In this document: piece by piece, positions 11,155 through 24,956 of the stretch
Layout: every line of letters starts with the position of its first letter
Numbering within the stretch: the first letter of the stretch is position 1
Origin: Eledone cirrhosa
Taxonomy: Eukaryota
DNA length: 64,000 bases
Direction of reading: 5' to 3'
NCBI GenBank assembly: GCA_964016885.1
Contig: OZ024740.1
Span: 206,336,001-206,400,000 of the forward strand
Notes under the pieces: generated by a model
What the model saw: only the letters and a program-made list of their open reading frames with translations
The model's database searches: none
What the model was told of the DNA's origin: nothing
Program-made: the position numbers and the translations under genes

Positions 11155-11328
11155 AGTTGTTTCTACGTTTGGCACAAGGCCAGCAAATACCCAGTGCATT
11201 ACTGGTACTTTATTTTATCGACCCCGTAAGGATGAAAGGCAAAGTTAACCTCGAAGGGATTTGAACTCAGATCGTAAAGGGACGTAACTATGCTGGAAAG
11301 CATGGCGTCCGACCTTCTACTGATACTG
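11155..11328 (-). mobile_element. tRNA-derived SINE in satellite, copy 2 of 6
   Basis: Near-identical to copy 1 (CTCGAAGG vs CTCGACGG); same junctions. Confidence 0.95.
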
Positions 11329-13373
11329 GAAATGTGATGGTAGTAGTATAATAACTAATTGTGATAGTGGGACACGTGATGGGAGTAGTATAATAACTAA
11401 TTGTGATAGAGGGAAAGGTGATGGGAGTAGTATAATAACTAATTGTGATAGTGGGAAAGGTGATGGGAGTAGTATAATAACTAATTGTGATAGTGGGAAA
11501 GGTGATGGTAGTAGTATAATAACTAATTGTGAGAGTGGGAAAGGTGATGGTAGAGGTATAATAACTAATTGTGATAGTGGGAAAGGTGATGGGAGTAGTA
11601 TAATAACTAATTGTGATAGTGGGAAAGGTGATTGTAGTAGTGTAATAACTAATTGTGATAGTGGGAAAGGTAACGGTAGAGGTATAATAACTAATTGTGA
11701 TAGTGGGGAAAGGTGATGGGAGTAGTATAATAACTAATTGTGATAGTGGGAAAGATGATGGTAGTAGTATAATAACTAATTGTGATAGTGGGAAAGGTGA
11801 TGGGAGTAGTATAATAACTAATTGTGATAGTGGGAAAGATGATGGTAGTAGTATAATAACTAATTGTGATAGTGGGAAAGGTGATGGGAGTAGTATAATA
11901 ACTAATTGTGATAGTGGGAAAGGTGATGGTAGTAGTATAATAATTGTGATAGTGGGAAAGATGATGGTAGTAGTATAATAACTAATTGTGAAAGTGGGAA
12001 AGGTGATGGTAGTAGTATAATAACTAATTCTGATAGTGGGAAAGGTGTTGGTAGTAGTATAATAACTAATTGTGATAGTGGGAAAGGTGATGGTAGTAGT
12101 ATAATAACTAATTGTGATAGTGGGAGAGATGATGGGAGTAGTATAATAACTAATTGTGATAGTGGGAAAGGTGATGGTAGTAGTATAATAACTAATTGTG
12201 ATAGTGGGAAAGATGATGGTAGTAGTATAATAACTAATTATGATAGTGGGAAAGGTGATGGTAGTAGTATAATAACTAATTGTGATAGTGGGAAAGGTGA
12301 TGGTAGTAGTATAATAACTAATTGTGATAGTGGGAGAGATGATGGGAGTAGTATAATAACTAATTGTGATAGTGGGAAAGGTGATTGTAGTAGTATAATA
12401 ATTGTGATAGTGGGAAAGGTGCTGGGAGTAGTATAATAATTGTGATAGTAGGAAAGGTGATGGGAGTAGTATAACTAATTCTGATAGTGGGAAAGGTGAT
12501 TGTAGTAGTATAACTAATTGTGATAGTGGGAAAGGTGATGGGAGTAGTATAATAATTAATTGTGATAGTGGGCATGGTGATGGTAGTGGTATAATAACTA
12601 ATTGTGATAGTGGGAAAGGTGGTGGTAGTAGTATAATAATTGTGATAGTGGGAAAGGTGGTGGTAGTAGTATAATAATTGTGATAGTGGGAAAGGTGATG
12701 GTAGTAGTATAATAACTAATTGTGATAGTGGGAAAGGTGATGGTAGTAGTATAATAACTAATTGCGATAGTGGGAAAGGTGATGGGAGTAGTATAATAAC
12801 TAATTGTGAGAGTGCGAAAGGTGATGGTAGTAGTATAATAACTAATTGTGATAGTGGGAAAGGTGATGGTAGTAGTATAATAACTAATTGTGATAGTGGG
12901 AAAGGTCATGGTAGTAGTATAATAACTAATTGTGATAGCGGGAAAGGTCATGGTAGTAGTATAATAACTAATTGTGATAGTGAGAAAGGTGATGGTAGTA
13001 GTACAATAACTAATTGTGATAGTGGGAAAGTTGATGGTAGTAGTATAATAACTAATTGAGATAGTGGGAAAGGTGATGGTAGTAGTATAATAATTGTGAT
13101 AGTGGGAAAGGTGCTGGGAGTAGTATAATAATTGTGATAGTAGGAAAGGTGATGGGAGTAGTATAACTAATTCTGATAGCGGGAAAGGTGATTGTAGTAG
13201 TATAATAACTAATTGTGATAGTGGAAAGGGTGATGGTAGTAGTATAATAATTGTGATAGTGGGAAAGGTGGTGGTAGTAGTATAATAATTGTGATAGTGG
13301 GAAAGGAGATGGGAGTAGTATAATAACTAATCGTGATAGTGGGAAAGGTGATGGTAGTAGTATAATAACTAAT

Positions 13374-13547
13374 AGTTGTTTCTACGTTTGGCACAAGGCC
13401 AGCAAATACCCAGTGCATTACTGGTACTTTATTTTATCGACCCCGTAAGGATGAAAGGCAAAGTTAACCTCGAAGGGATTTGAACTCAGATCGTAAAGGG
13501 ACGTAACTATGCTGGAAAGCATGGCGTCCGACCTTCTACTGATACTG
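13374..13547 (-). mobile_element. tRNA-derived SINE in satellite, copy 3 of 6
   Basis: Same sequence and junctions as copy 2. Confidence 0.95.
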
Positions 13548-16500
13548 GAAATGTGATGGTAGTAGTATAATAACTAATTGTGATAGTGGGAAACGTGATG
13601 GGAGTAGTATAATAACTAATTGTGATAGTGGGAAAGGTGATGGGAGTAGTATAATAACTAATTGTGATAGTGGGACACGTGATGGGAGTAGTATAATAAC
13701 TAATTGTGATAGAGGGAAAGGTGATGGGAGTAGTATAATAACTAATTGTGATAGTGGGAAAGGTGATGGGAGTAGTATAATAACTAATTGTGATAGTGGG
13801 AAAGGTGATGGTAGTAGTATAATAACTAATTGTGAGAGTGGGAAAGGTGATGGTAGAGGTATAATAACTAATTGTGATAGTGGGAAAGGTGATGCGAGTA
13901 GTATAATAACTAATTGTGATAGTGGGAAAGGTGATTGTAGTAGTGTAATAACTAATTGTGATAGTGGGAAAGGTAATGGTAGAGGTATAATAACTAATTG
14001 TGATAGTGGGAAAGGTAATGGTAGAGGTATAATAACTAATTGTGAGAGTGGGAAAGGTGATGGTAGTAGTATAATAATTAATTGTGATAGTGGGGAAAGG
14101 TGATGGGAGTAGTATAATAACTAATTGTGATAGTGGGAAAGGTGATGGTAGTAGTATAATAACTAATTGTGATAGTGGGAAAGATGATGGTAGTAGTATA
14201 ATAACTAATTATGATAGTGGGAAAGGTGATGGGAGTAGTATAATAACTAATTGTGATAGTGGGAAAGATGATGGTAGTAGTATAATAACTAATTGTGATA
14301 GTGGGAAAGGTGATGGGAGTAGTATAATAACTAATTGTGATAGTGGGAAAGATGATGGTAGTAGTATAATAACTAATTGTGATAGTGGGAAAGGTGATTG
14401 GGAGTAGTATAATAATTGTGATAGTGGGAAAGATGATGGTAGTAGTATAATAACTAATTCTGATAGTGGGAAAGGTGTTGGTAGTAGTATAATAACTAAT
14501 TGTGATAGTGGGAAAGGTGATGGTAGTAGTATAATAACTAATTGTGATAGTGGGAAAGGTGATGGTAGTAGTATAATAACTAATTGTGATAGTGGGAAAG
14601 GTGATGGTAGTAGTATAATAACTAATTGTGATAGTGGGAAAGGTGATGGTAGTAGTATAATAATTGTGATAGTGCGAAAGGTGCTGGGAGTAGTATAATA
14701 ATTGTGATAGTAGGAAAGGTGATGGGAGTAGTATAACTAATTCTGATAGTGGGAAAGGTGATTGTAGTAGTATAACTAATTGTGATAGTGGGAAAGGTGA
14801 TGGCAGTATTATAATAACTAATTGTGATAGTGGGAAAGGTGATGGGAGTAGTATAATAATTAATTGTGATAGTGGGCATGGTGATGGTAGTGGTATAATA
14901 ACTAATTGTGATAGTGGGAAAGGTGGTGGTAGTAGTATAATAATTGTGATAGTGGGAAAGGTGGTGGTAGTAGTATAATAATTGTGATAGTGGGAAAGGT
15001 GATGGTAGTAGTATAATAACTAATTGTGATAGTGGGAAAGGTGATGGTAGTAGTATAATAACTAATTCTGATAGTGGGAAAGGTGATGGTAGTAGTATAA
15101 TAACTAATTGTGATAGTGGGACACGTGATGGGAGTAGTATAACAACTAATTGTGATAGTGGGAAAGGTGATGGGAGTAGTATAATAACTAATTGTGAGAG
15201 TGCGAAAGGTGATGGTAGTAGTATAATAACTAATTGTGATAGTGGGAAAGGTGATGGTAGTAGTATAATAATTGTGATAGTGGGAAAGGTGATGGTAGTA
15301 GTATAATAACTAATTGTGATAGTGAGAAAGGTGATGGTAGTAGTATAATAACTAATTGTGATAGTGGGAAAGGTGATGGTAGTAGTATAATAACTAATTG
15401 TGATAGTGGGAAAGGTGATGGGAGTAGTATAATAACTAATTGTGATAGTGGGAAAGGTGATGGTAGTAGTATAATAACTAATTGTGAGAGTGGGAAAGGT
15501 GATGGTAGTAGTATAATAACTAATTGTGATAGTGAGAAAGGTGATGGTAGTAGTACAATAACTAATTGTGATAGTGGGAAAGATGATGGGAGTAGTATAA
15601 TAACTAATTGTGATAGTGCGAAAGGTGATGGAAGTAGTAGGTGATGGTAGGAGTATAATAATTGTGATAGTGGGAAAGGTGATGGTAGTAGTATAATAAT
15701 TATGATAATAGGAAAGGTGATGGGAGTAGTATAATAATTGTGATAGTAGGAAAGGTGATGGGAGTAGTATAACTAATTCTGATAGTGGGAAAGGTGATTG
15801 TAGTAGTATAATAACTAATTGTGATAGTGGAAAAGGTGATGGTAGTAGTAAAATAATTGTGATAGTGGGAAAGGTGATGGGAGTAGTATAATAATTGTGA
15901 TAGTAGGAAAGGTGATGGGAGTAGTATAACTAATTCTGATAGTGGGAAAGGTGATTGTAGTAGTATAACTAATTGTGATAGTGGGAAAGGTGATGGCAGT
16001 ATTATAATAACTAATTGTGATAGTGGGAAAGGTGGTGGTAGTAGTATAATAATTGTGATAGTGGGAAAGGTGGTGGTAGTAGTATAATAATTGTGATAGT
16101 GGGAAAGGTGGTGGTAGTAGTATAATAATTGTGATAGTGGGAAAGGTGATGGTAGTAGTATAATAACTAATTGTGATAGTGGGAAAGGTGATGGTAGTAG
16201 TATAATAACTAATTGTGATAGTGGGACACGTGATGGGAGTAGTATAATAACTAATTGTGATAGTGGGAAAGGTGATGGGAGTAGTATAATAACTAATTGT
16301 GAGAGTGCGAAAGGTGATGGTAGTAGTATAATAACTAATTGTGATAGTGGGAAAGGTGATGGTAGTAGTATAATAACTAATTGTGATAGTGGGAAAGGTC
16401 ATGGTAGTAGTATAATAACTAATTGTGATAGCGGGAAAGGTCATGGTAGTAGTATAATAACTAATTGTGATAGTGAGAAAGGTGATGGTAGTAGTACAAT

Positions 16501-16911
16501 AACTAATTGTGATAGTGGGAAAGTTGATGGTAGTAGTATAATAACTAATTGAGATAGTGGGAAAGGTGATGGTAGTAGTATAATAATTGTGATAGTGGGA
16601 AAGGTGCTGGGAGTAGTATAATAATTGTGATAGTAGGAAAGGTGATGGGAGTAGTATAATAACTAATCGTGATAGTGGGAAAGGTGATGGTAGTAGTATA
16701 ATAACTAATTCTGATAGCGGGAAAGGTGATTGTAGTAGTCTAATAACTAATTGTGATAGTGGAAAGGGTGATGGTAGTAGTATAATAATTGTGATAGTGG
16801 GAAAGGTGGTGGTAGTAGTATAATAATTGTGATAGTGGGAAAAAAGATGGGAGTAGTATAATAACTAATCGTGATAGTGGGAAAGGTGATGGTAGTAGTA
16901 TAATAACTAAT

Positions 16912-17085
16912 AGTTGTTTCTACGTTTGGCACAAGGCCAGCAAATACCCAGTGCATTACTGGTACTTTATTTTATCGACCCCGTAAGGATGAAAGGCAAA
17001 GTTAACCTCGAAGGGATTTGAACTCAGATCGTAAAGGGACGTAACTATGCTGGAAAGCATGGCGTCCGACCTTCTACTGATACTG
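16912..17085 (-). mobile_element. tRNA-derived SINE in satellite, copy 4 of 6
   Basis: Same sequence and junctions as copy 2. Confidence 0.95.
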
Positions 17086-19214
17086 GAAATGTGATGGTAG
17101 TAGTATAATAACTAATTGTGATAGTGGGACACGTGATGGGAGTAGTATAATAACTAATTGTGATAGAGGGAAAGGTGATGGGAGTAGTATAATAACTAAT
17201 TGTGATAGTGGGAAAGGTGATGGGAGTAGTATAATAACTAATTGTGATAGTGGGAAAGGTGATGGTAGTAGTATAATAACTAATTGTGAGAGTGGGAAAG
17301 GTGATGGTAGAGGTATAATAACTAATTGTGATAGTGGGAAAGGTGATGGGAGTAGTATAATAACTAATTGTGATAGTGGGAAAGGTGATTGTAGTAGTGT
17401 AATAACTAATTGTGATAGTGGGAAAGGTAATGGTAGAGGTATAATAACTAATTGTGATAGTGGGAAAGGTAATGGTAGAGGTATAATAACTAATTGTGAG
17501 AGTGGGAAAGGTGATGGTAGTAGTATAATAATTAATTGTGATAGTGGGGAAAGGTGATGGGAGTAGTATAATAACTAATTGTGATAGTGGGAAAGATGAT
17601 GGTAGTAGTATAATAACTAATTATGATAGTGGGAAAGGTGATGGGAGTAGTATAATAACTAATTGTGATAGTGGGAAAGATGATGGTAGTAGTATAATAA
17701 GTAATTGTGATAGTGGGAAAGGTGATGGGAGTAGTATAATAACTAATTGTGATAGTGGGAAAGGTGATGGTAGTAGTATAATAATTGTGATAGTGGGAAA
17801 GATGATGGTAGTAGTATAATAACTAATTGTGAAAGTGGGAAAGGTGATGGTAGTAGTATAATAACTAATTCTGATAGTGGGAAAGGTGTTGGTAGTAGTA
17901 TAATAACTAATTGTGATAGTGGGAAAGGTGATGGTAGTAGTATAATAACTAATTGTGATAGTGGGAGAGATGATGGGAGTAGTATAATAACTAATTGTGA
18001 TAGTGGGAAAGGTGATGGTAGTAGTATAATAACTAATTGTGATAGTGGGAAAGATGATGGTAGTAGTATAATAACTAATTATGATAGTGGGAAAGGTGAT
18101 GGTAGTAGTATAATAACTAATTGTGATAGTGGGAAAGGTGATGGTAGTAGTATAATAACTAATTGTGATAGTGGGAGAGATGATGGGAGTAGTATAATAA
18201 CTAATTGTGATAGTGGGAAAGGTGATTGTAGTAGTATAATAATTGTGATAGTGGGAAAGGTGCTGGGAGTAGTATAATAATTGTGATAGTAGGAAAGGTG
18301 ATGGGAGTAGTATAACTAATTCTGATAGTGGGAAAGGTGATTGTAGTAGTATAACTAATTGTGATAGTGGGAAAGGTGATGGGAGTAGTATAATAATTAA
18401 TTGTGATAGTGGGCATGGTGATGGTAGTGGTATAATAACTAATTGTGATAGTGGGAAAGGTGGTGGTAGTAGTATAATAATTGTGATAGTGGGAAAGGTG
18501 GTGGTAGTAGTATAATAATTGTGATAGTGGGAAAGGTGATGGTAGTAGTATAATAACTAATTGTGATAGTGGGAAAGGTGATGGTAGTAGTATAATAACT
18601 AATTGCGATAGTGGGAAAGGTGATGGGAGTAGTATAATAACTAATTGTGAGAGTGCGAAAGGTGATGGTAGTAGTATAATAACTAATTGTGATAGTGGGA
18701 AAGGTGATGGTAGTAGTATAATAACTAATTGTGATAGTGGGAAAGGTCATGGTAGTAGTATAATAACTAATTGTGATAGCGGGAAAGGTCATGGTAGTAG
18801 TATAATAACTAATTGTGATAGTGAGAAAGGTGATGGTAGTAGTACAATAACTAATTGTGATAGTGGGAAAGTTGATGGTAGTAGTATAATAACTAATTGA
18901 GATAGTGGGAAAGGTGATGGTAGTAGTATAATAATTGTGATAGTGGGAAAGGTGCTGGGAGTAGTATAATAATTGTGATAGTAGGAAAGGTGATGGGAGT
19001 AGTATAACTAATTCTGATAGCGGGAAAGGTGATTGTAGTAGTATAATAACTAATTGTGATAGTGGAAAGGGTGATGGTAGTAGTATAATAATTGTGATAG
19101 TGGGAAAGGTGGTGGTAGTAGTATAATAATTGTGATAGTGGGAAAGGAGATGGGAGTAGTATAATAACTAATCGTGATAGTGGGAAAGGTGATGGTAGTA
19201 GTATAATAACTAAT

Positions 19215-19388
19215 AGTTGTTTCTACGTTTGGCACAAGGCCAGCAAATACCCAGTGCATTACTGGTACTTTATTTTATCGACCCCGTAAGGATGAAAGGC
19301 AAAGTTAACCTCGAAGGGATTTGAACTCAGATCGTAAAGGGACGTAACTATGCTGGAAAGCATGGCGTCCGACCTTCTACTGATACTG
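19215..19388 (-). mobile_element. tRNA-derived SINE in satellite, copy 5 of 6
   Basis: Same sequence and junctions as copy 3; exactly 5841 bp downstream of it. Confidence 0.95.
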
Positions 19389-22300
19389 GAAATGTGATGG
19401 TAGTAGTATAATAACTAATTGTGATAGTGGGAAACGTGATGGGAGTAGTATAATAACTAATTGTGATAGTGGGAAAGGTGATGGGAGTAGTATAATAACT
19501 AATTGTGATAGTGGGACACGTGATGGGAGTAGTATAATAACTAATTGTGATAGAGGGAAAGGTGATGGGAGTAGTATAATAACTAATTGTGATAGTGGGA
19601 AAGGTGATGGGAGTAGTATAATAACTAATTGTGATAGTGGGAAAGGTGATGGTAGTAGTATAATAACTAATTGTGAGAGTGGGAAAGGTGATGGTAGAGG
19701 TATAATAACTAATTGTGATAGTGGGAAAGGTGATGCGAGTAGTATAATAACTAATTGTGATAGTGGGAAAGGTGATTGTAGTAGTGTAATAACTAATTGT
19801 GATAGTGGGAAAGGTAATGGTAGAGGTATAATAACTAATTGTGATAGTGGGAAAGGTAATGGTAGAGGTATAATAACTAATTGTGAGAGTGGGAAAGGTG
19901 ATGGTAGTAGTATAATAATTAATTGTGATAGTGGGGAAAGGTGATGGGAGTAGTATAATAACTAATTGTGATAGTGGGAAAGGTGATGGTAGTAGTATAA
20001 TAACTAATTGTGATAGTGGGAAAGATGATGGTAGTAGTATAATAACTAATTATGATAGTGGGAAAGGTGATGGGAGTAGTATAATAACTAATTGTGATAG
20101 TGGGAAAGATGATGGTAGTAGTATAATAACTAATTGTGATAGTGGGAAAGGTGATGGGAGTAGTATAATAACTAATTGTGATAGTGGGAAAGATGATGGT
20201 AGTAGTATAATAACTAATTGTGATAGTGGGAAAGGTGATTGGGAGTAGTATAATAATTGTGATAGTGGGAAAGATGATGGTAGTAGTATAATAACTAATT
20301 CTGATAGTGGGAAAGGTGTTGGTAGTAGTATAATAACTAATTGTGATAGTGGGAAAGGTGATGGTAGTAGTATAATAACTAATTGTGATAGTGGGAAAGG
20401 TGATGGTAGTAGTATAATAACTAATTGTGATAGTGGGAGAGATGATGGGAGTAGTATAATAACTAATTCTGATAGTGGGAAAGGTGATTGTAGTAGTATA
20501 ATAATTGTGATAGTGCGAAAGGTGCTGGGAGTAGTATAATAATTGTGATAGTAGGAAAGGTGATGGGAGTAGTATAACTAATTCTGATAGTGGGAAAGGT
20601 GATTGTAGTAGTATAACTAATTGTGATAGTGGGAAAGGTGATGGCAGTATTATAATAACTAATTGTGATAGTGGGAAAGGTGATGGGAGTAGTATAATAA
20701 TTAATTGTGATAGTGGGCATGGTGATGGTAGTGGTATAATAACTAATTGTGATAGTGGGAAAGGTGGTGGTAGTAGTATAATAATTGTGATAGTGGGAAA
20801 GGTGGTGGTAGTAGTATAATAATTGTGATAGTGGGAAAGGTGATGGTAGTAGTATAATAACTAATTGTGATAGTGGGAAAGGTGATGGTAGTAGTATAAT
20901 AACTAATTGTGATAGTGGGACACGTGATGGGAGTAGTATAATAACTAATTGTGATAGTGGGAAAGGTGATGGGAGTAGTATAATAACTAATTGTGAGAGT
21001 GCGAAAGGTGATGGTAGTAGTATAATAACTAATTGTGATAGTGGGAAAGGTGATGGTAGTAGTATAATAATTGTGATAGTGGGAAAGGTGATGGTAGTAG
21101 TATAATAACTAATTGTGATAGTGAGAAAGGTGATGGTAGTAGTATAATAACTAATTGTGATAGTGGGAAAGGTGATGGTAGTAGTATAATAACTAATTGT
21201 GATAGTGGGAAAGGTGATGGGAGTAGTATAATAACTAATTGTGATAGTGGGAAAGGTGATGGTAGTAGTATAATAACTAATTGTGAGAGTGGGAAAGGTG
21301 ATGGTAGTAGTATAATAATTGTGATAGTGGGAAAGGTGATGGTAGTAGTATAATAACTAATTGTGATAGTGAGAAAGGTGATGGTAGTAGTACAATAACT
21401 AATTGTGATAGTGGGAAAGATGATGGGAGTAGTATAATAACTAATTGTGATAGTGCGAAAGGTGATGGAAGTAGTAGGTGATGGTAGGAGTATAATAATT
21501 GTGATAGTGGGAAAGGTGATGGTAGTAGTATAATAATTATGATAGTAGGAAAGGTGATGGGAGTAGTATAATAATTGTGATAGTAGGAAAGGTGATGGGA
21601 GTAGTATAACTAATTCTGATAGTGGGAAAGGTGATTGTAGTAGTATAATAACTAATTGTGATAGTGGAAAAGGTGATGGTAGTAGTAAAATAATTGTGAT
21701 AGTAGGAAAGGTGATGGGAGTAGTATAATAATTGTGATAGTAGGAAAGGTGATGGGAGTAGTATAACTAATTCTGATAGTGGGAAAGGTGATTGTAGTAG
21801 TATAATAACTAATTGTGATAGTGGGAAAGATGGTGGTAGTAGTATAATAAATAATTGTGATAGTGGGAAAGGTGATGGTAGTAGTATAATAACTAATTGT
21901 GATAGTGGGAAAGGTGATGGTAGTAGTATAATAACTAATTGTGATAGTGAGAAATGTGATGGGAGTAGTATAATAACTAATTGTGATAGTGGGAAATGTG
22001 ATGGTAGTAGTATAATAACTAATTGTGATAGTGGGAAAGGTAATGGTAGTAGTATAATAACTAATTGTGATAGTAGGAAAGGTGATGGTAGTAGTATAAT
22101 AATTGTGATAGTAGGAAAGGTGATGGTAGTAGTATAATAACTAATTGTGATAGTGGGAAAGATGATAGGAGTAGTATAATAATTGTGATAGTGGGAAAGG
22201 TGATGGTAGTGGTATAATAACTAATTGTGATAGTGGGAAAGGTGATGGTAGTAGTATAATAATTGTGATAGTGGGAAAGGTGATGAGAGTAGTATAATAA

Positions 22301-23607
22301 CTAATTGTGATAGTGAGAAAGGTGATGGTAGTAGTACAATAACTAATTGTGATAGTGGGAAACGTGATGGTAGTAGTATAATAACTAATTGTGATAGTGG
22401 GAAAGGTGTTGGTACTAGTATAATAATTGTTATAGTAGGAAAGGTGATGGGAGTAGTATAATAACTAATTGTGATAGTGGGAAAGATGATGGTAGTAGTA
22501 TAATAACTAATTGTGATAGTGGGAAAGGTGATGGGAGTAGTATAATAACTAATTCTAATAGTGGGAAAGGTGATGGTAGTATTATAATAACTAATTGTGA
22601 TAGTGGGAAAGGTGATTGTAGTAGTATAATAATTGTGATAGTGGGAAAGGTGCTGGGAGTAGTATAATAATTGTGATAGTAGGAAAGGTGATGGGAGTAG
22701 TATAACTAATTCTGATAGTGGGAAAGGTGATGGCAGTATTATAATAACTAATTGTGATAGTGGGAAAGGTGATGGGAGTAGTATAATAACTAATTGTGAT
22801 AGTGGGAAAGGTGATGAGAGTAGTATAATAACTAATTGTGATAGTGGGAAAGGTGATTGTAGTAGTATAATAAGTAATTGTGATAGTGGGAAATGTAATG
22901 GTAGTAGTATAATAATTGTGATAGTGGGAAAGGTGATGGTAGTAGTATAATAATTGTGATAGTGGGAAAGGTGCTGGGAGTAGTATAATAACTAATTGTG
23001 ATAGTGGGAAAGGTAATTGTAGTAGTATAATAACTAATTGTGATAGTGGGAAAGGTGATGGTAGTATTATAATAACTAATTGTGATAGTGGGAAAGGTGA
23101 TGGTAGTAGTATAATAACTAATTGTGATAGTGGGAAAGGTCATGGTAGTAGTATAATAACTAATTGTGATAGCGGGAAAGGTCATGGTAGTAGTATAATA
23201 ACTAATTGTGATAGTGAGAAAGGTGATGGTAGTAGTACAATAACTAATTGTGATAGTGGGAAAGTTGATGGTAGTAGTATAATAACTAATTGAGATAGTG
23301 GGAAAGGTGATGGTAGTAGTATAATAATTGTGATAGTGGGAAAGGTGCTGGGAGTAGTATAATAATTGTGATAGTAGGAAAGGTGATGGGAGTAGTATAA
23401 CTAATTCTGATAGCGGGAAAGGTGATTGTAGTAGTATAATAACTAATTGTGATAGTGGAAAGGGTGATGGTAGTAGTATAATAATTGTGATAGTGGGAAA
23501 GGTGGTGGTAGTAGTATAATAATTGTGATAGTGGGAAAGGTGATGGGAGTAGTATAATAACTAATCGTGATAGTGGGAAAGGTGATGGTAGTAGTATAAT
23601 AACTAAT

Positions 23608-23781
23608 AGTTGTTTCTACGTTTGGCACAAGGCCAGCAAATACGCAGTGCATTACTGGTACTTTATTTTATCGACCCCGTAAGGATGAAAGGCAAAGTTA
23701 ACCTCGACGGGATTTGAACTCAGATCGTAAAGGGACGTAACTACGCTGGAAAGCATGGCGTCCGACCTTCTACCGATACTG
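23608..23781 (-). mobile_element. tRNA-derived SINE in satellite, copy 6 of 6 (most distinct copy)
   Basis: Same junctions; differs at ATACGCAG, CTACGCTG and TACCGATAC. Confidence 0.95.
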
Positions 23782-24094
23782 GAAAGGTGATGGTAGTAGT
23801 ATAATAACTAATTGTGATAGTGGGACACGTGATGGGAGTAGTATAATAACTAATTGTGATAGAGGGAAAGGTGATGGGAGTAGTATAATAACTAATTGTG
23901 ATAGTGGGAAAGGTGATGGGAGTAGTATAATAACTAATTGTGATAGTGGGAAAGGTGATGGTAGTAGTATAATAACTAATTGTGATAGTGGGAAAGGTGA
24001 TTGTAGTAGTGTAATAACTAATTGTGATAGTGGGAAAGGTAATGGTAGAGGTATAATAACTAATTGTGAGAGTGGGAAAGGTGATGGTAGTAGT

Positions 24095-24956
24095 CATCAT
24101 CATCATCATCATCATCAACGTTTAACGTCCGTGTTCCACGCTTGCATGGGTTTGGACGGGGGTAGTCCCACTTGAGGCAAGAGTGATTGTCTTGCTCGCA
24201 TAGGACTGTCTGGCAGGTTTTCTACAGTTGGATGCCCTTCCTAACACCAACCACATTTACAGTGTGGGTCTGGGAGGTTTTTACCGTGTTGCCTACACGG
24301 CCACATTACAGCGTGGGCTGTGTGTTTTTTTGTCGTGACACCTACACGATCTCATTTGTTTCGGCCCGGATGGCGCGGCACCAACATAACTTTACATAGG
24401 ACGGGGTGGTGTGGATGGGGTGGGGGTGGTGGTGGTGGGACGGGGTGTATTTTGTTAGAGATGCCTACTGGCAAGGCGGGTCTTCTCTGTTACTGAGTAC
24501 CGCCAAAGGTCTCGGTCCAGTGACATTGTCTTGGAGAGGTGTAAGTGTGTGAGGTCGGAGTTTATCAGCTCGTCCCAGGTTTTTCTAGGTCTGCCTATTC
24601 CGTGGCTACCGTCTATCTTTATTGCCCTGCACTTTGTTATACAGCTATCGACTTTCATGCGCATCACGTGTCCATACCAACGTAGCCTTCTCTCGAGTAA
24701 ACAACATCTGATCCCTCTTATCTCTAATTTTTTCCTTAGTTCGTTTATGCTTTGCCGTTCACGTATATTACTGTTACACATCCAGCGGAGCATGCAAGCT
24801 TCGTTCCTCTCTAGTCTGCGTATATCCTCTGCACACAATGCCCAGGTCTCACTGCCATGCAACATTGCTGTTCGTATGCAGGCATCGTACAACCTGCCTT
24901 TCATTTTTAGGGAGAACCCTTTAGCAGCTAATAGTGGTATAAGCTCTCTGAACTTT
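24095..24956 (-). mobile_element. 5'-truncated RTE-clade LINE (~860 bp) with (GAT)n tail
   Basis: ORF end 24455-24904 (LYDACIRTAMLHGSETW...RRLRWYGHVMRM...GRPRKTW), 3' UTR, (CAT)n at the left junction and a short TSD (T)AGT. Confidence 0.96.

Larger units (their letters stand above)
10100..21700. repeat. Two copies of a ~5.8-kb higher-order repeat, each with two SINE copies
   Basis: Matching variant strings and ORFs are offset by 5841 (11697/17538, 12360/18201, 13209/19050, 14084/19925, 14622/20463) and by 5757 (=5841-84) for 10990/16747. Boundaries approximate. Confidence 0.88.

Noticed and set aside
23741-24118. ORF starting with poly-Met (and the poly-Asp tract in ORF 26036-26821)
   Set aside because: These are translations of the (GAT)n LINE tails.
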